DNA of 64,000 nt from assembly GCF_006345805.1 (NCBI RefSeq), contig NC_043005.1:75206001-75270000 (forward strand), in the 5' to 3' direction. This document shows positions 24,701-38,100 of the stretch, in pieces. The notes beneath the pieces were generated by a model. That model was not told where the DNA came from. It worked only from the letters and a program-made list of their open reading frames with translations, and ran no database searches. The translations under genes were made by a program, and so were the position numbers. The stretch comes from Octopus sinensis (taxonomy: Eukaryota). Each line of letters begins with the position of its first letter. Positions within the stretch are counted from its first letter, which is position 1.

Positions 24701-27700
24701 TTTTTGAAGAGCCATGCAAAATTGTTGATGGAATGTCCAGCTCTGAGTACATCCCAAGCAGCTCCATTAAAGTATCCAGCAACACAAGATATGTCAATGC
24801 ATTGAGACCCTTCAGAGAAGGCTGGAAATCTGATGAGAGAGATCACAAGCGAACTGTTACTATCAACGTTGGAAATGCATTTGTCGAGGGTGGTCATATT
24901 AAGTTGAAAAAAAGTAAATTTGTTGCAAATTTTGATGTTATTTTTGATAGAAATCACAGCATTAAGGTTAGTATTATTTTATAACTCTCTTTAACTCTTT
25001 TACTTGTTTCAGTCATTTGACTGTGGCCATGTTGGAGCACCGCCTTTAGTCGAGCAAATCAACCCTAGGACTTATTCTTTGTAAGCCTAGTACTTATTCT
25101 ATCAGTCTCTTTTGCCGAACCGCTAAGTTACAGGGACATAAACACACCAGCATTGGTTGTCAAGTGATGTTGGAGGGACAAACACAGACACACAAACACA
25201 CACACACAAATATATACATATACATATATATGATGGGCTTCTTTTCAGTTTCTGTCTACCAAATCCACTCACAAGTCTTTGGTAAACCTGAGGCTATAGT
25301 AGAAGACACTTGCCCAAGGTGCCACGCAGTTGGACTGAACCTGGAACCATGTGGTTGGTAAGCAAGCTACTTACCACACAGCCACTGAAATTTTCTCTGC
25401 ATTTCAATCTTTTCTTTTTGGTAAATGCAATAATATCCATTTTATATGCTGGTACCACATAAAAAACACTCATACAAATTCCTTGTAAAAAACACTCATG
25501 TTGGTGTCACATGAAAAACATTTGTGTCGGTGCCATGTACTCTGGCTTTAAGGGTATAGTGAAATGCCTGGCTGGAGGCCCAACTTCCTGAGTTCTTTTA
25601 CAGGACTTAGAAAAAACTGAAGGATCACTGCAATATGTGTGTGAATCTGAGAGGGAAATATACTGAATAAAACCATAATGAACTGACCCTCCTGTATTTT
25701 CTTTTACCCAACGCTAGGAACTTTTCAGGACCCTTTCCTAAAAGCACCCATGCCAGTACCACATAAAAAGCACCCAGCACACTCTGTTAAGTGGTTGGTG
25801 TTAAGAGCATCCAACCATACAAACTATACCAAAACACACAAACGAAGCTTGGGCAGTTCTCTGGCCGGTGATCTCCTGTCAAACTGCCCAACCCATGACA
25901 GCATGGAAAACAATCATTAAATGATGGTGATGTTGATGATGGTGGTGGTAGTGGTGGTGGTGGTGGTGGTGATGATGATGAAAAGTATCAAGCCAGAAAA
26001 CTCATTAGCATGTTGGATGGACAAGGTGCTTAGTGGCATTTCTTTTGGTTTTTTACATTCTGAGATGAAATTCTGCTGAGGTCAGATTTGCCTTTTATTC
26101 CTTTGAGTTGATAAAATAAAGTACCAGTCAAGTACTGGGGCTAATGTAATTAATTTGTGCCCTCCACTTAGAATTCCTGACCTTGAACCCTGCAACAGGC
26201 CAGCATCCCATTAAGGGGAGTGTTATCATCTTGAACACTTATAAACCATGGAAACTGAGTAACTGGCTCAAGAAAAATATTTAAAAAATAAATTTCTACT
26301 TAATTAGACATGCAAAAATATACTAATTAAGTATACAAAATAAAGTCAAAGATCAGATTTACAAAGTCAAATATATGGAGAAGGTGAATGCCTTCAAAAG
26401 CTAGAAGCTGACCAAATCAAAATACATAACATTAGTATGTTTTTATGGCTGGATGCCCTTCCTAACACCAATCACTCAGAGTAGACTGAGTGCTTTTTAT
26501 GTGGCATCTGCACAGGCGAGATCAGTTTTGCCGAAAAATGTGTAATTAAATGAAATATTTCATTATGTTCAAATCTGTTTAAATCAAATTTCATTTTCTT
26601 TAAAGGGAAATAAACCTGGAAAAACTATTACAATACCACGTGGAACTGATTATGAAAAGGTTACTTTGAAATTCTATCCAACAGAAAACTGTAGTGTCAT
26701 TGTGACAATTTCTATCAAAGGTTGCTTCGAAGAAAAATGTAAGTAAAGAAAATTTCATCACTTGTAAATGTCTATCAAAGGTATTACCTCATTGAAACCC
26801 CTTAGCATTTAGACCAGCTATATCTGGCTCAGATACTCCATCTGTTTTATGTTTAAACTGGTGAGATCTGGCCTCTCTCACAGCTTACCTTACAATGTTG
26901 TACAAAGAAGATGATGAAATCTGTTAGGATTTTTGACAACAAAATTTTATTTTTTCTTTACACAAAAAAAGATTGTTATGAAAAAACCAAAACATTGAAA
27001 AAGTTTTTGATTTTAATGTTCTTGGTGTAATTGTAGCAGCAGATAAAGTGTTGTTACTTGCTTCCCAGTTACTGACTTCTAATAACATTCATCCTCTGGC
27101 TATCCATTGCCTTTTTATTGACAGCTGTTGTCCATCACCTCTGTTTGGCCTTCTCCTACAGTGTCTGTCAATGCTCTCTCAGCATCATCTCAAAGCTCTC
27201 TGGCAGGTAGTCATGGTCTTGTCGAATTTATACTGGTTGATAGGCTCAGAAGGAAGTGCTCTGTGACTGGTCAGATTTTGTTGATCACATGGGCAATATT
27301 CTACTGAATCACAACATTAGTGAATTGCTGAATATTCCCACTACAATGTCACTCTAAATAATAAACAATCACATCATCAAAATCTCATAGCTATCAGATA
27401 ATGCATGACTGATTTAAAACAATGAGAATAAATAAGCATTACACTTGACAGAGTAATCTGAATGCTACAGAGTTAAGTGATTTTAGTAGAATTGTTTAAC
27501 TATGAACTGTTAAACAAGGAAAAAGATTGGATAAAAAACATTCACAGCCTATTTGATGTAGGATGACATCAAAATAGGTGAAAAATAGTTTAATTTTGTA
27601 CTAAAATATAGTTGTTTCTTTAGAAAAATATTATCAAATTTTTATTCTGTAACCAGAAGTGATGTCAAAATTTTTATATTTAGTATAAGTATTATATTTA

Positions 27701-30700
27701 CTTAAAATTTTTCAAGTTGTTTTATTTCTGTAAATATTTCCATTACAATATTTACATTAATTTAAAAGAGGATTTGGTTCACAAGTTTGATTAAATTCAC
27801 ACAGAATTAAAATAAAATTTAGCATACAAATTAATATAAATTATTAGCAATAAATTTATATTTCATTTCTTAAAAGCTAAAGGCCAGTATATAGAAGAAC
27901 CTGTCACAGGAAGAGCACCAGATAATGTTATACCAAACGAACCAGTTTCCAATGAAGGTAATGTTTATATTGATGTTTCTGAAAATATAATGGTGAAAGA
28001 CATGTTTGGAGATATTTTATTCATAACTGATAATACAAAGTCTGAGCTTAATAAGTGAGCATTTGTTACTTTTTAAATTCTGTTTTATTCTCTATGTCTT
28101 CCTAAAATTTCTTTATTACCACTTATATCTAAGATATCAAATATCAAATAGTATACCCAATGGAAAAGATTTTTTATTAATATGATAACTACAGCTAAAT
28201 ATGTTCTAAAGAAGGTTTCTTTCAAGTTTTTTCCCCTCACTTCAACCTTATCAGTGGACCTCTGTAAAGAGGAAACATCCTTTTACAGCACGAAAAAGAA
28301 TTTGGCAAAACCAATAGATTTTGTCTACTGAACTTGCAAAAGGCTACACCTAGTTCACAACTCTATAACAATGTTCGGCAATAACTGGTAAACCCTCTCT
28401 CACATGTACCACAAACTACAGATTCCTTACACAGGCACCAAGAAAACAGATAAAACTGAAACATTTGCTCATGCTGCCATTCTCTCTTATGCTCATTCTC
28501 TTATAATTCCTTTTACAAAATAAAAAAAAACAGTCCCAAGATTCTTTTTCCAAGTGACTGTTATATTCCACAATCTTGCCTCTAATCTTAAAGATTATTT
28601 TATCCAATAATAATGCTAACAGAACTCACTGTTTGTATTTTTTCATAAGTCATGTGACCAATAAAGTGGGTTCCTCTCTTTGTGCTTGTCATGTGGCTCA
28701 ACCTGAGTTACCTTTTCTTGTTTTTCATTGCTTGCTTTATCGTTACACAAACTAATTATTCCTTATACATCTATGGTGTATCACCAAGTAGCTCTGTCCA
28801 CTGATACATTATTCAGGAATTATACACAGATCACAACCCAACTCCTCCATTCTAATGTACAGCAAGCTCCGTGTGGTTTGACCCATACCTTCAGTCCAAT
28901 TTAGAAAGATGCAGGCTTCCACTTCATTAGAGGATGCCAGCACCTCCATTCATATTTAAACACTGCTCTTTGTGGTATTGACTCTGCTTTTCCTTTCCTG
29001 ACCTGGGCAACATGTTATACCAGAAGATACCTCAAGCAACAAGCTGTGTCATTCTATATTACCATTTCTAGTTGATCTATATGCAGCTCTGAAATAACCT
29101 ATCAAATACCAGTATTTCCTTCAGCACTTCCAATCTTAATGCTGTGATCTTGCTCATCCGTTCATTAACACTAGGTCTATTGGACCTCTTGCCAAAAACA
29201 TTTCATTCATCATTGCTATAACTGAGGCTCTTGTCTCTCTGATCTAATTTACCTTCATATGAGTACCTGTCTTGATCTGTGACTGGCTATTGTTAGGTAT
29301 ACACCTTTTTGGTAGTGCATAATATCATTTCTCATCCTTTTCTGCCTGCTTACAACCTAAATGTTTCCTTTACTTGTACTGTATAGCTTTAACTGAAGAG
29401 ACACATAATGTGGCTAAAACACTATAATGTTCTTTGTTGAGGAAAAACAACAGCTATCAGATGTTCACAATCAGGTCTGCCAGAATATTTTATGAATGGA
29501 GACATTATTGTCTGGATTTTCCCTGCTTTGCACCCCATGAATTATTGAAACTAGGAAAAGTTAATAGAAATACCAACTTTTGAACAGAAGATGTGAAATG
29601 TATAAACATAGGAAGATGGTTTTTTTCTATCACAAATTTATATAGAACTTGAGAGTTTTTAGCAGTTTGTGCCAAAGTCCTGAAACAGAAATCAGAGTTT
29701 CCAGTTGATACTAATGATTTTATCTTTGCTTTTCTTAACATAATACTTTGTTCTGCCAATAATATGATTTAAATTGTAAAATTTAATATTCATTACTAAA
29801 TTTTATATGAATTTTAGAAACTGGAAAACAAGTAGAACCTGTTCCTCTTTCTCGCTCAGGTAAGTTGATAACTTTCAAATAAACTTATTCAAAAAGCAAA
29901 GATAACCTAATCTTTTTGATGTTATGTTATGATTAATCATGAAACAGCAGACTGCATTCTTTGAATTGTTTCGCTTCATTCTTTTTGGTTTGCAATCCCA
30001 TAAAGAGTAACGTGACTTTATTCCCTGGTGAGTGGGTCAATAGAATAATTTAATTTACTTATCTTAATTTGGAAATTTTTTATTCTTATTTGCCATATTA
30101 GTCAATGAATGTATTTTCCCATTTTGTTTTACTTAATTTTTGAGAGTGGTTGGGTTCATTTTTAGTATTCTTGTTTGTGAGAGCAGTAGAGTATTTTTCA
30201 GATATTCTTATTTTAAAATCACCTCTGGCTATTCGTAGATAGGACGTTGGTATTTCGTCAGCTGAGGTTTGTACTCGGGTTCATATTGTTTTGGATTAAT
30301 CTCACATTATCTCAGAGCTTAGAGATTTTGACGATGTGATTGTTTATTTTTATTCTGAAATTATAGGGTAGATGGCCAGTTTGAAAATAAAACAGGTAGA
30401 ATATTTTGGCTGGATATGGGGTGGTTTGAATGCTAAAGGGTTAAGGGTATGTGTGTCTATGGAGTATTCAACCACCTGCATGTTAAATTCACAAGCATGT
30501 TGTTCTGTTGATTGGATCAACTGGAACCTTCACTGTCATATACTATTATATTATATCTGAAATAAGTAAGCATATATAGGTGCAGTAGCAGGTGTGTGGT
30601 AAGAAGCTTGCTTCCCAACCACATGGTTCTGGGTTCAGTCCCACTGCATGGCATCTTAGGCAAGTGTCTCCTACTATAGTCTCAGGCTGACCAAAGCCTT

Positions 30701-31753
30701 GTGAATGGATTTGATAGACGGAAACTGAAAGAAGCCCATCATAAAAATATGTGTGTGTGCATGTATGTGTGTCTGTGTTTGTCCCCCTAGCATCACTTGA
30801 CAACCAATATTGGTGTGTTTATGTCCTTGTAAGTTAGCAGTTTGGGAAAAGAGACCAACAAAATAAGTACAAGGCTTCAAAAGAATATGTCCTGGACTCG
30901 AATTGTTTGACTAAAGGTGGTGCTCCAGCATGGCCACTGTCAAATGACTGAAACAGATAAAATAATATGAATTTCTTTGAAGACAAAATTTTTCATTGTA
31001 TTTATTTATTTATTTATTTATTTCAGTCTGCACATTTGACAAATGTACATTCATGAGAGAATTTGGCTTCGACGGTCCTCACATAATTGGTTGGATTGAG
31101 AAAGACGGCATTGAGGGTATTACAAATGAAAGTGAAGTGGTTTATATGGATGAAAAACTAGAAGAGGGTGTTGTTATCAATGTTGCTTGTACCCAATGGT
31201 AAGACATATCACTCTTAGACAAGAAAGTGTTCTGAATAAGTTTGGGTATTTTGAATTATCTAATGTCCCAGACAAAATAGTTAATATACAGCTTGTAGCT
31301 TTGTGTAAAACTTTTAAAATTCATTGGAATTAAATTTACATCAATTTTTACTATTATCAATAAAATATCTACAAGAATGAACTCAACATATCATCATCAT
31401 CATCATCATCATTTTAGTTTTGTACTTCATCACCAATTAACCTATCACTATATCAAACTTAATTAGAGCAATTAGTTAAATTCAGTGTAATTAGTTAAAA
31501 TGATATAAGTAACTGTGTATAAACATGAGATTTTACTACCAACACAAACAAAAATAAGTCATGATGTTAAGGAGATGACTTGTTGAATCTCTACAAATAC
31601 ATTAGGTTATCTTTTGTAAAATTTAGATATACACAGTCACACAGCCATTATGTTGACCAATGCTGCACCAAGTAGGATGTACTGTATAACTTGATCAACA
31701 GATTTTCTCATATAGAATGTTCCACCCTAAAACTTATCTGTTCTTGTTTATAG

Positions 31754-31791
<38 letters not shown>

Positions 31792-34700
31792 GGAGAGTTC
31801 ACAAAAAAAACAAAAGACAAAGACAGGTGGTGTAGAAAACAAACAAATGTATTAGTGTATCATCATCATCATCATCATCATCGTTTAGCGTCCGTTTTCC
31901 ATGCTAGCATGGGTTGGACGGTTCTACTGGGGTCTGTGAAGCCAGAAGGCTTCATCAGGCCCAGTCAAATCTGGCAGTGTTTCTATGGCTGGATGCCCTT
32001 CCTAACGCCAACCACTCCGTGAGTGTAGTGGGTGCTTTTTACGTGCCACCCGCACTGGTGCCTCATTTAAAATCTGTTTTCCATGCTAGCATGGGTTCGA
32101 TGGTTTGACCAGAGCTGGTAAGGCCAGGGGCCACACCAGGCTCTATTGTCTATTCTGGCATGGTTTCTAAAGCTGAATGCCCTTCCTAACACCAACCACT
32201 CCACAGAGTGTACTGGGTGCTTTTAACATGGTATCAGCACTGGCATTAATTCTGCTGTGGTGGGCAAGTCTTCTTGAGTACAGCAACAAGCCAGATATCT
32301 CAGCCCTTAATCATCTCCTTTGTAAGGTTCAGTGTTGTGTGATCAGCCTTCAATACTTCTTCCTATGTCTTCCTGGGTCTCCCTCTTCCACATGTTCCAT
32401 CCACTTTAAGTGATCAGCATGTCTGTCTACATCCATATGCAGGGCCAAATTAAGACTTATAGAGGCCGTAAGCACTCAAAAGATTTTGGTACTTCCATAT
32501 ATAATTCGAAATGTAATCAATAATAGTGAAGGCACATGGTTCAGTGGTTAGGGGCTCGAGCTTACGATCGAGAGGTTGTGAGCTTGAATCACGGACCAGG
32601 CTGTGTGTTGTGTTCTTGAGCAAGACACTTTATTTCACATTGCTCCAGTTCACTCAGCTGTAGAAATGAGTTGCGACGTCAATGGCACCAAGCAGTATCG
32701 GCCTTTGCCTTTCCCTTGGATAACACTGGTGGCATAGAGAGGGGAGGCCAGTATGCATGGGTGACTGCTGGTCTTCCATAACCAACCTTGGCTGGACTTG
32801 TATCTTGGAGGGTAACTTTCTAGGTGCCATCCCATGGTCTGTATCATGACCGAAGGGGTCTCAATCTATAATAAACCATAAAATAAATTTATATTCTTCA
32901 AAATGAAACAAAACTAACAGTAAGATGGGAAATAATGTTTATTTTTGTATATTTTCACTTCATTTATATTTGAAAAGTTTCCTCTTATCTTTTTTAATTG
33001 CAAAATCTTTGGTCAGATTCTCAAAATTAATCTTACATAAAATGCCTGCTTCTATACTTAGTAGAGATAAGGCATCCCAAATATTATTTTAGCAAGTTTA
33101 AAGTGATTTCTTTTGTGCCGTAAACCATTGTCCATTTCTGTAGTGCCCCTATTTCCCATGATGTCCTAAGCACATGCTTATTTTGCTTAATGGTTAATCT
33201 AGCACTGTCCATATGCATCACATAACCAAACCAAACGAACGCAGTCTTCTCTCTTACACACTGCATCTAATTCCTGTTTTGTCTCTTGCAAGTATAAACT
33301 TCAAAATCCATAGTTGAAAAATAAAAATGATGATTTCATCACTCTGCAAAGGAACACTGAACATGTAATATACTCCAAAATGCATATACATATAAAGGAT
33401 AGCTTCTTACATCCGGACAAAATAATACCATAAAAATAATGCCTACTAAACTAGGCACAGGTGTACCTAAATGTAGTTTACCAATTTATGCCTTGTGTCT
33501 TTTTACAATTTTTATTAGCAGATCGATAATAATAAAAGCATTATTTTATTAATAATTTTTCAGTTTATGTAAAAATGGAAATATAACATGTGAACATAAA
33601 ATATGTGAGGGTGAGTCGTTTTTCTATTTGTTTTCTTTTATTTTTTCTTTAACCTTTAACCACTTTGATACCAGTCCATCTGGAACCACCTCTGGTTCTA
33701 TTATAAAAATGTTTTAAAGTGATCTAATCTAAAACTTTTCATCAAAATTTCATGTTAATTTTTGTTCCAAATACTGGCTAAACAGTGGCAAAGTTATATT
33801 AATAAATTCTTCGTTATTTTCACAATTAATTGACACAAAAGCAGTGTCCTTCTACGATGTATGTTCTTATACATTAACACACTACATAAAATAATCTATT
33901 TATAAATAAGTAAAAAAAAACTCATAATATATTGAAAAGAGTATTAATCTCCATCAACATATAATAATTTGACAAAATGTATATTTATGTAGAACTTTAG
34001 AACTTCTGTATAAGTAGACTGACTTTTTATTGCCATCCGTAATCATAGATAAGTATAAATCTGTTGATTAAATTATGGTTTAATTTTTTGCATTGAGTTA
34101 GAGAGGAAACTCTATGAAGTACTCTACTGGGACTGGATTTATCTTTCATTGGCCTTCTTTGATAGAATACTACAAATCAGAAACAAGGGTAAAAACAAAT
34201 CCCTTTCACTTGTTCAGAAATTGATGATAATATTCCAGTGTGACAAATTAGTTAACCCTTTCACATTCTGATTACTCTGTCAAGTTTAATACAGTTTTGA
34301 ATTAATCATGTAATATCTCATAGCTTACGGATTTCAATGACAGTGTGGGATAAGTGTGAGAGGCTGGATCTGGCTAGTTTGAACATAAAACAGATGCAAT
34401 ATTAGGCCAAATATAAGGGAGCAAGCTACAAAATTGTTAGCACACTGGGAGAAATGCTTAGTGGCATTTCATGTGTTTTTACATACAAGTTCAAATACCA
34501 CCAAGGTTGACTTTGCCTGTCATCCTTTTGGGGTCAATAAATTAAGTACCAGCTGAGCACAGGGGCTGATTTACTTTGCATTTTGAGTTCAAATTCCTGC
34601 AAGGCGACTTTGCCTTTCATCCTTTTGGAGTCAATAAGATAAGCACCAGCTGAACACCGGGGTTGATGCAATTTGCATTCTGAATTCAAATTCATTAAGG

Positions 34701-35138
34701 TCATCTTTGTCTTTCATCCTTTTGAGAGCAATAAAATAAGTACCAGCTAAGCACTGGGGTTGATACAATTGACTTACAACTATTCCAACATTACTGGTCT
34801 TGTGCCAAAATTTGAAACCATTATTTAGGCCAGATAGGGTCAGTTTAACTATGAAACGGTTAATTTATTTTCTCATCCTTTTGGTTAAATTAATTTATTT
34901 CCATTAATTATAAATATGTTTCAGGATGTATGTATACTGAATGGCAGGCTTGGAGTTCTTGCAGCAAAACCTGTGATAATGGACTTCAAACTAGAACTAG
35001 GAAAAAACATGTTGGCAAAGGGAATGAACCATGTAATCTTCCATTATCTGAAATTCAAGATTGCAATATTAAGATATGTCACGGTAATCAGCATTTTAAT
35101 TTTCAATTTAAACTAATTATTTCTTTATTTTGTTTTAA

Positions 35139-35169
<31 letters not shown>

Positions 35170-38100
35170 TTCTTTACATTGTAAATTCTTCTTTCAGAAC
35201 GAAAAAGTGAATCGACCCTAAGTACTTGTTTTTTATAAAGCCTGGTACTTACTCTACCAGTCTATTTTGCCAAATTATTAAGTTACAGGGATGTAAACAC
35301 ACCAACACTGGTTGTCAAGCATTGGTGGTGGCAGGGGACAAACACAGACACAAAGATACTCACACACACACATATATATAGATATAGATATAAATAAATG
35401 AAAATATATATATATACACAGGTGTGTATGATTGTGTATAGAAGAATATATTACTCAAAGAAATTCCAACTTTGCCCAATTTTCACATTTTATTTATAAT
35501 TATTATAATTATTTAATATAATATAATATAATGAAATGATATTTCATTATATTATATTAACTTATATTATTATAAGATTGTAAATAAAACGTGAAAATCA
35601 GACAAGGTTGGAATTTCTTTGAGTAATAATTAAATATATATATATATATATATATTTCTCTCTTCATTTATTTTTGTTCTCTCTCCATCCTTTCTGTTGA
35701 AGAGCATAGGCTCAAAACATCAAAGACTTTTCCATTCTTCCTGAGCATTAAACTAATACACCTGCTTATTGTTCCAACACCTGTCTTCATCTTTTGTTTT
35801 CTGTTAATTTGAACTATATATATGTATGTGTATATATATGTGTGTGTGTGTGCGTGTGTGTGTGTGTGTGTATGCCTACACACACACACATGAGGGGTTT
35901 CTTTCAGTTTTTATCTACCAAATCCATTCACAGGGCTTTGGTCAGATTATTTGCTATAGTAGAAGAGAAGGAGCCACATGCAGTGGGAATGAACCTAGAA
36001 CCATGTGGCTGGAAAGCAAATTTCTTACCATACAGCCATGCCTGCACCAGAACTAAGAAACATGTGCCTAATACATAGTATACAACTGAAATGCTAATTG
36101 GCCTTAATTGCCTCAGATCAGATCTAATTTAACAGCACCAATTAGAAGATACATTGAAATAATGTGAAAATACTATCTAACAAAAGTATTTTTGTAATGT
36201 GTAAGATATCAACCTAAGAATTGTAATTAAGTTAAAATAAGTTTATCAGATTATTGTATGAGACATTTTTGTTGAGTTTTTTTTATAGGGATTTATATAT
36301 TTTATATAATAATACATATATGCATTATGTAGACATGGCTGAGTGGTAAAAAGTTAGTTTCCCAGTTACATGATTCCAGGATCAGTCCCACTGTATGGCA
36401 CCTTCAGCAAGTACCTTGTACTATAGAGTCAGGCCTGTGGATTTAGTAGAAGAAAAATGAAAGAAGCCTATCATGTGTGTGTGTGTGTTTGCCCTTTACC
36501 ACCACTTGACAACTGGTGTTGGCATGTTTATGTACCAATAACATAGCAGTTCAGCAAAAGAGATTGACAGAATAAGTATTCAACTAAAAAATTCATTCAC
36601 CCAAATTTCTTCAGCATGGCCACAGTCATTAGACTGAAACAATTAAAAGACTGAAAAGATATAATTTGAGTTCAGTAATGAATTTATATATAGAGGCCCA
36701 TGGCCTAGTAGTGAGAGCAGTGGATTCACGGTCGAGGGATCGCAGGTTCGAATTTCGGACTGGGTGATATGTATGTTTATGAGCGAAACACCTATGGCTC
36801 CAGCAGAAGGTAATGGCGAACTTCTGCTAACTCTTTCACCACAACTCTCTGTCACTCTTTCTTCCCGCATCTAGCAGCTCACCTGTGACGGATAGGCGTC
36901 CTGTCCAGGTGGGGAACCTATACGCCAAGGAAACCGGGAAACTGGCCCTTATGAGCCAGGCGTGGCTCAAGAAGGAACAAACATTGAATCTATATAATGT
37001 GAAAAAGAAACAAACATGAGAAATATTATACATCATTTTATTTTATTTTTATCAAGCTGAAACCGTTTGGTCTTCTTGGAGTAGTTGGAGTCCCTGCATT
37101 ATTTCTAAACAAGATGCAGTTGGTTCATCTATACGTAAGCGTACATGCCATCGAGGAATTGACGATGAATGTGCTGGAGAAGCTTTACAGACCATGCCTT
37201 GTCAATCGAAAGTCAAGACAACTAGTAAGTATATATTTTATTTTATTGGTGATCATAGGAAACATATCCAGCTTTATTTAATCCTTTTAATGCTTTGATA
37301 CCAGCCTGTCTGGAGCCACCCTTGGCCCTATAGTAAAAATATCTGTAAAAAAAGGATGTTAAAAAAACAGTAATGATGTTGATTATGCATGTATGTACGG
37401 AGGGATGGAGGGAGGGAGGGAGGGAAAGAAAGGTAGTAATGCAGATAAACACAGTCAGGCTTTACACATACACACATATACACAGGCACATATATACACG
37501 TATATTTACATAAGCTAATATATTTACATAGAGCATAAAAAAGACAGAACACTAAGAGAAAATACATAATTTCTTAACTCAACAGCTGTTTATATAAATG
37601 TATTTTCGTCGATATATATATTTAAATATGTTGGTAAAATGTGTATTAACATATAAATATACATATTAACATATAAATGTATATATTTTATATTTTGAAA
37701 TCAATAAAAGCTTGTCATTATTCTGAATAAATAACAGAGTTATAAGGAAATACATTTTTTATAACTTTTATTGGAGACATTGAAGTTTGATGCAGTCCTT
37801 AAATCATTGGATCCTGTCAAAACATCCATCCCATGCCAGCGTAGAAGATGGATGTTAAATGATGATGATTGGAGGAGTGGGGTAGTGGTATGATGAGGAT
37901 GAAGATGAAAGTAATGATGGTGAGGATGATTATTATTATTATTATGCAGCTGAACTCAACTTTGACTTTCATCCCATCAGGTTTGATAATATAAGTACCA
38001 GTTGACTACTAGGGTCAAAGTAACTAACTGCACCCGCCCCACTAAAATTGGTAACTTTGTACCAAAATGTGAAATTATTATTTTTGTTAGTAATAGAAGT

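Noticed and set aside
28200-29450. Possible ancient LINE remnant
   Set aside because: Composition is suggestive, but I could not recover any RT or endonuclease motif in the frames I checked; left unannotated (likewise about 53730-54310).
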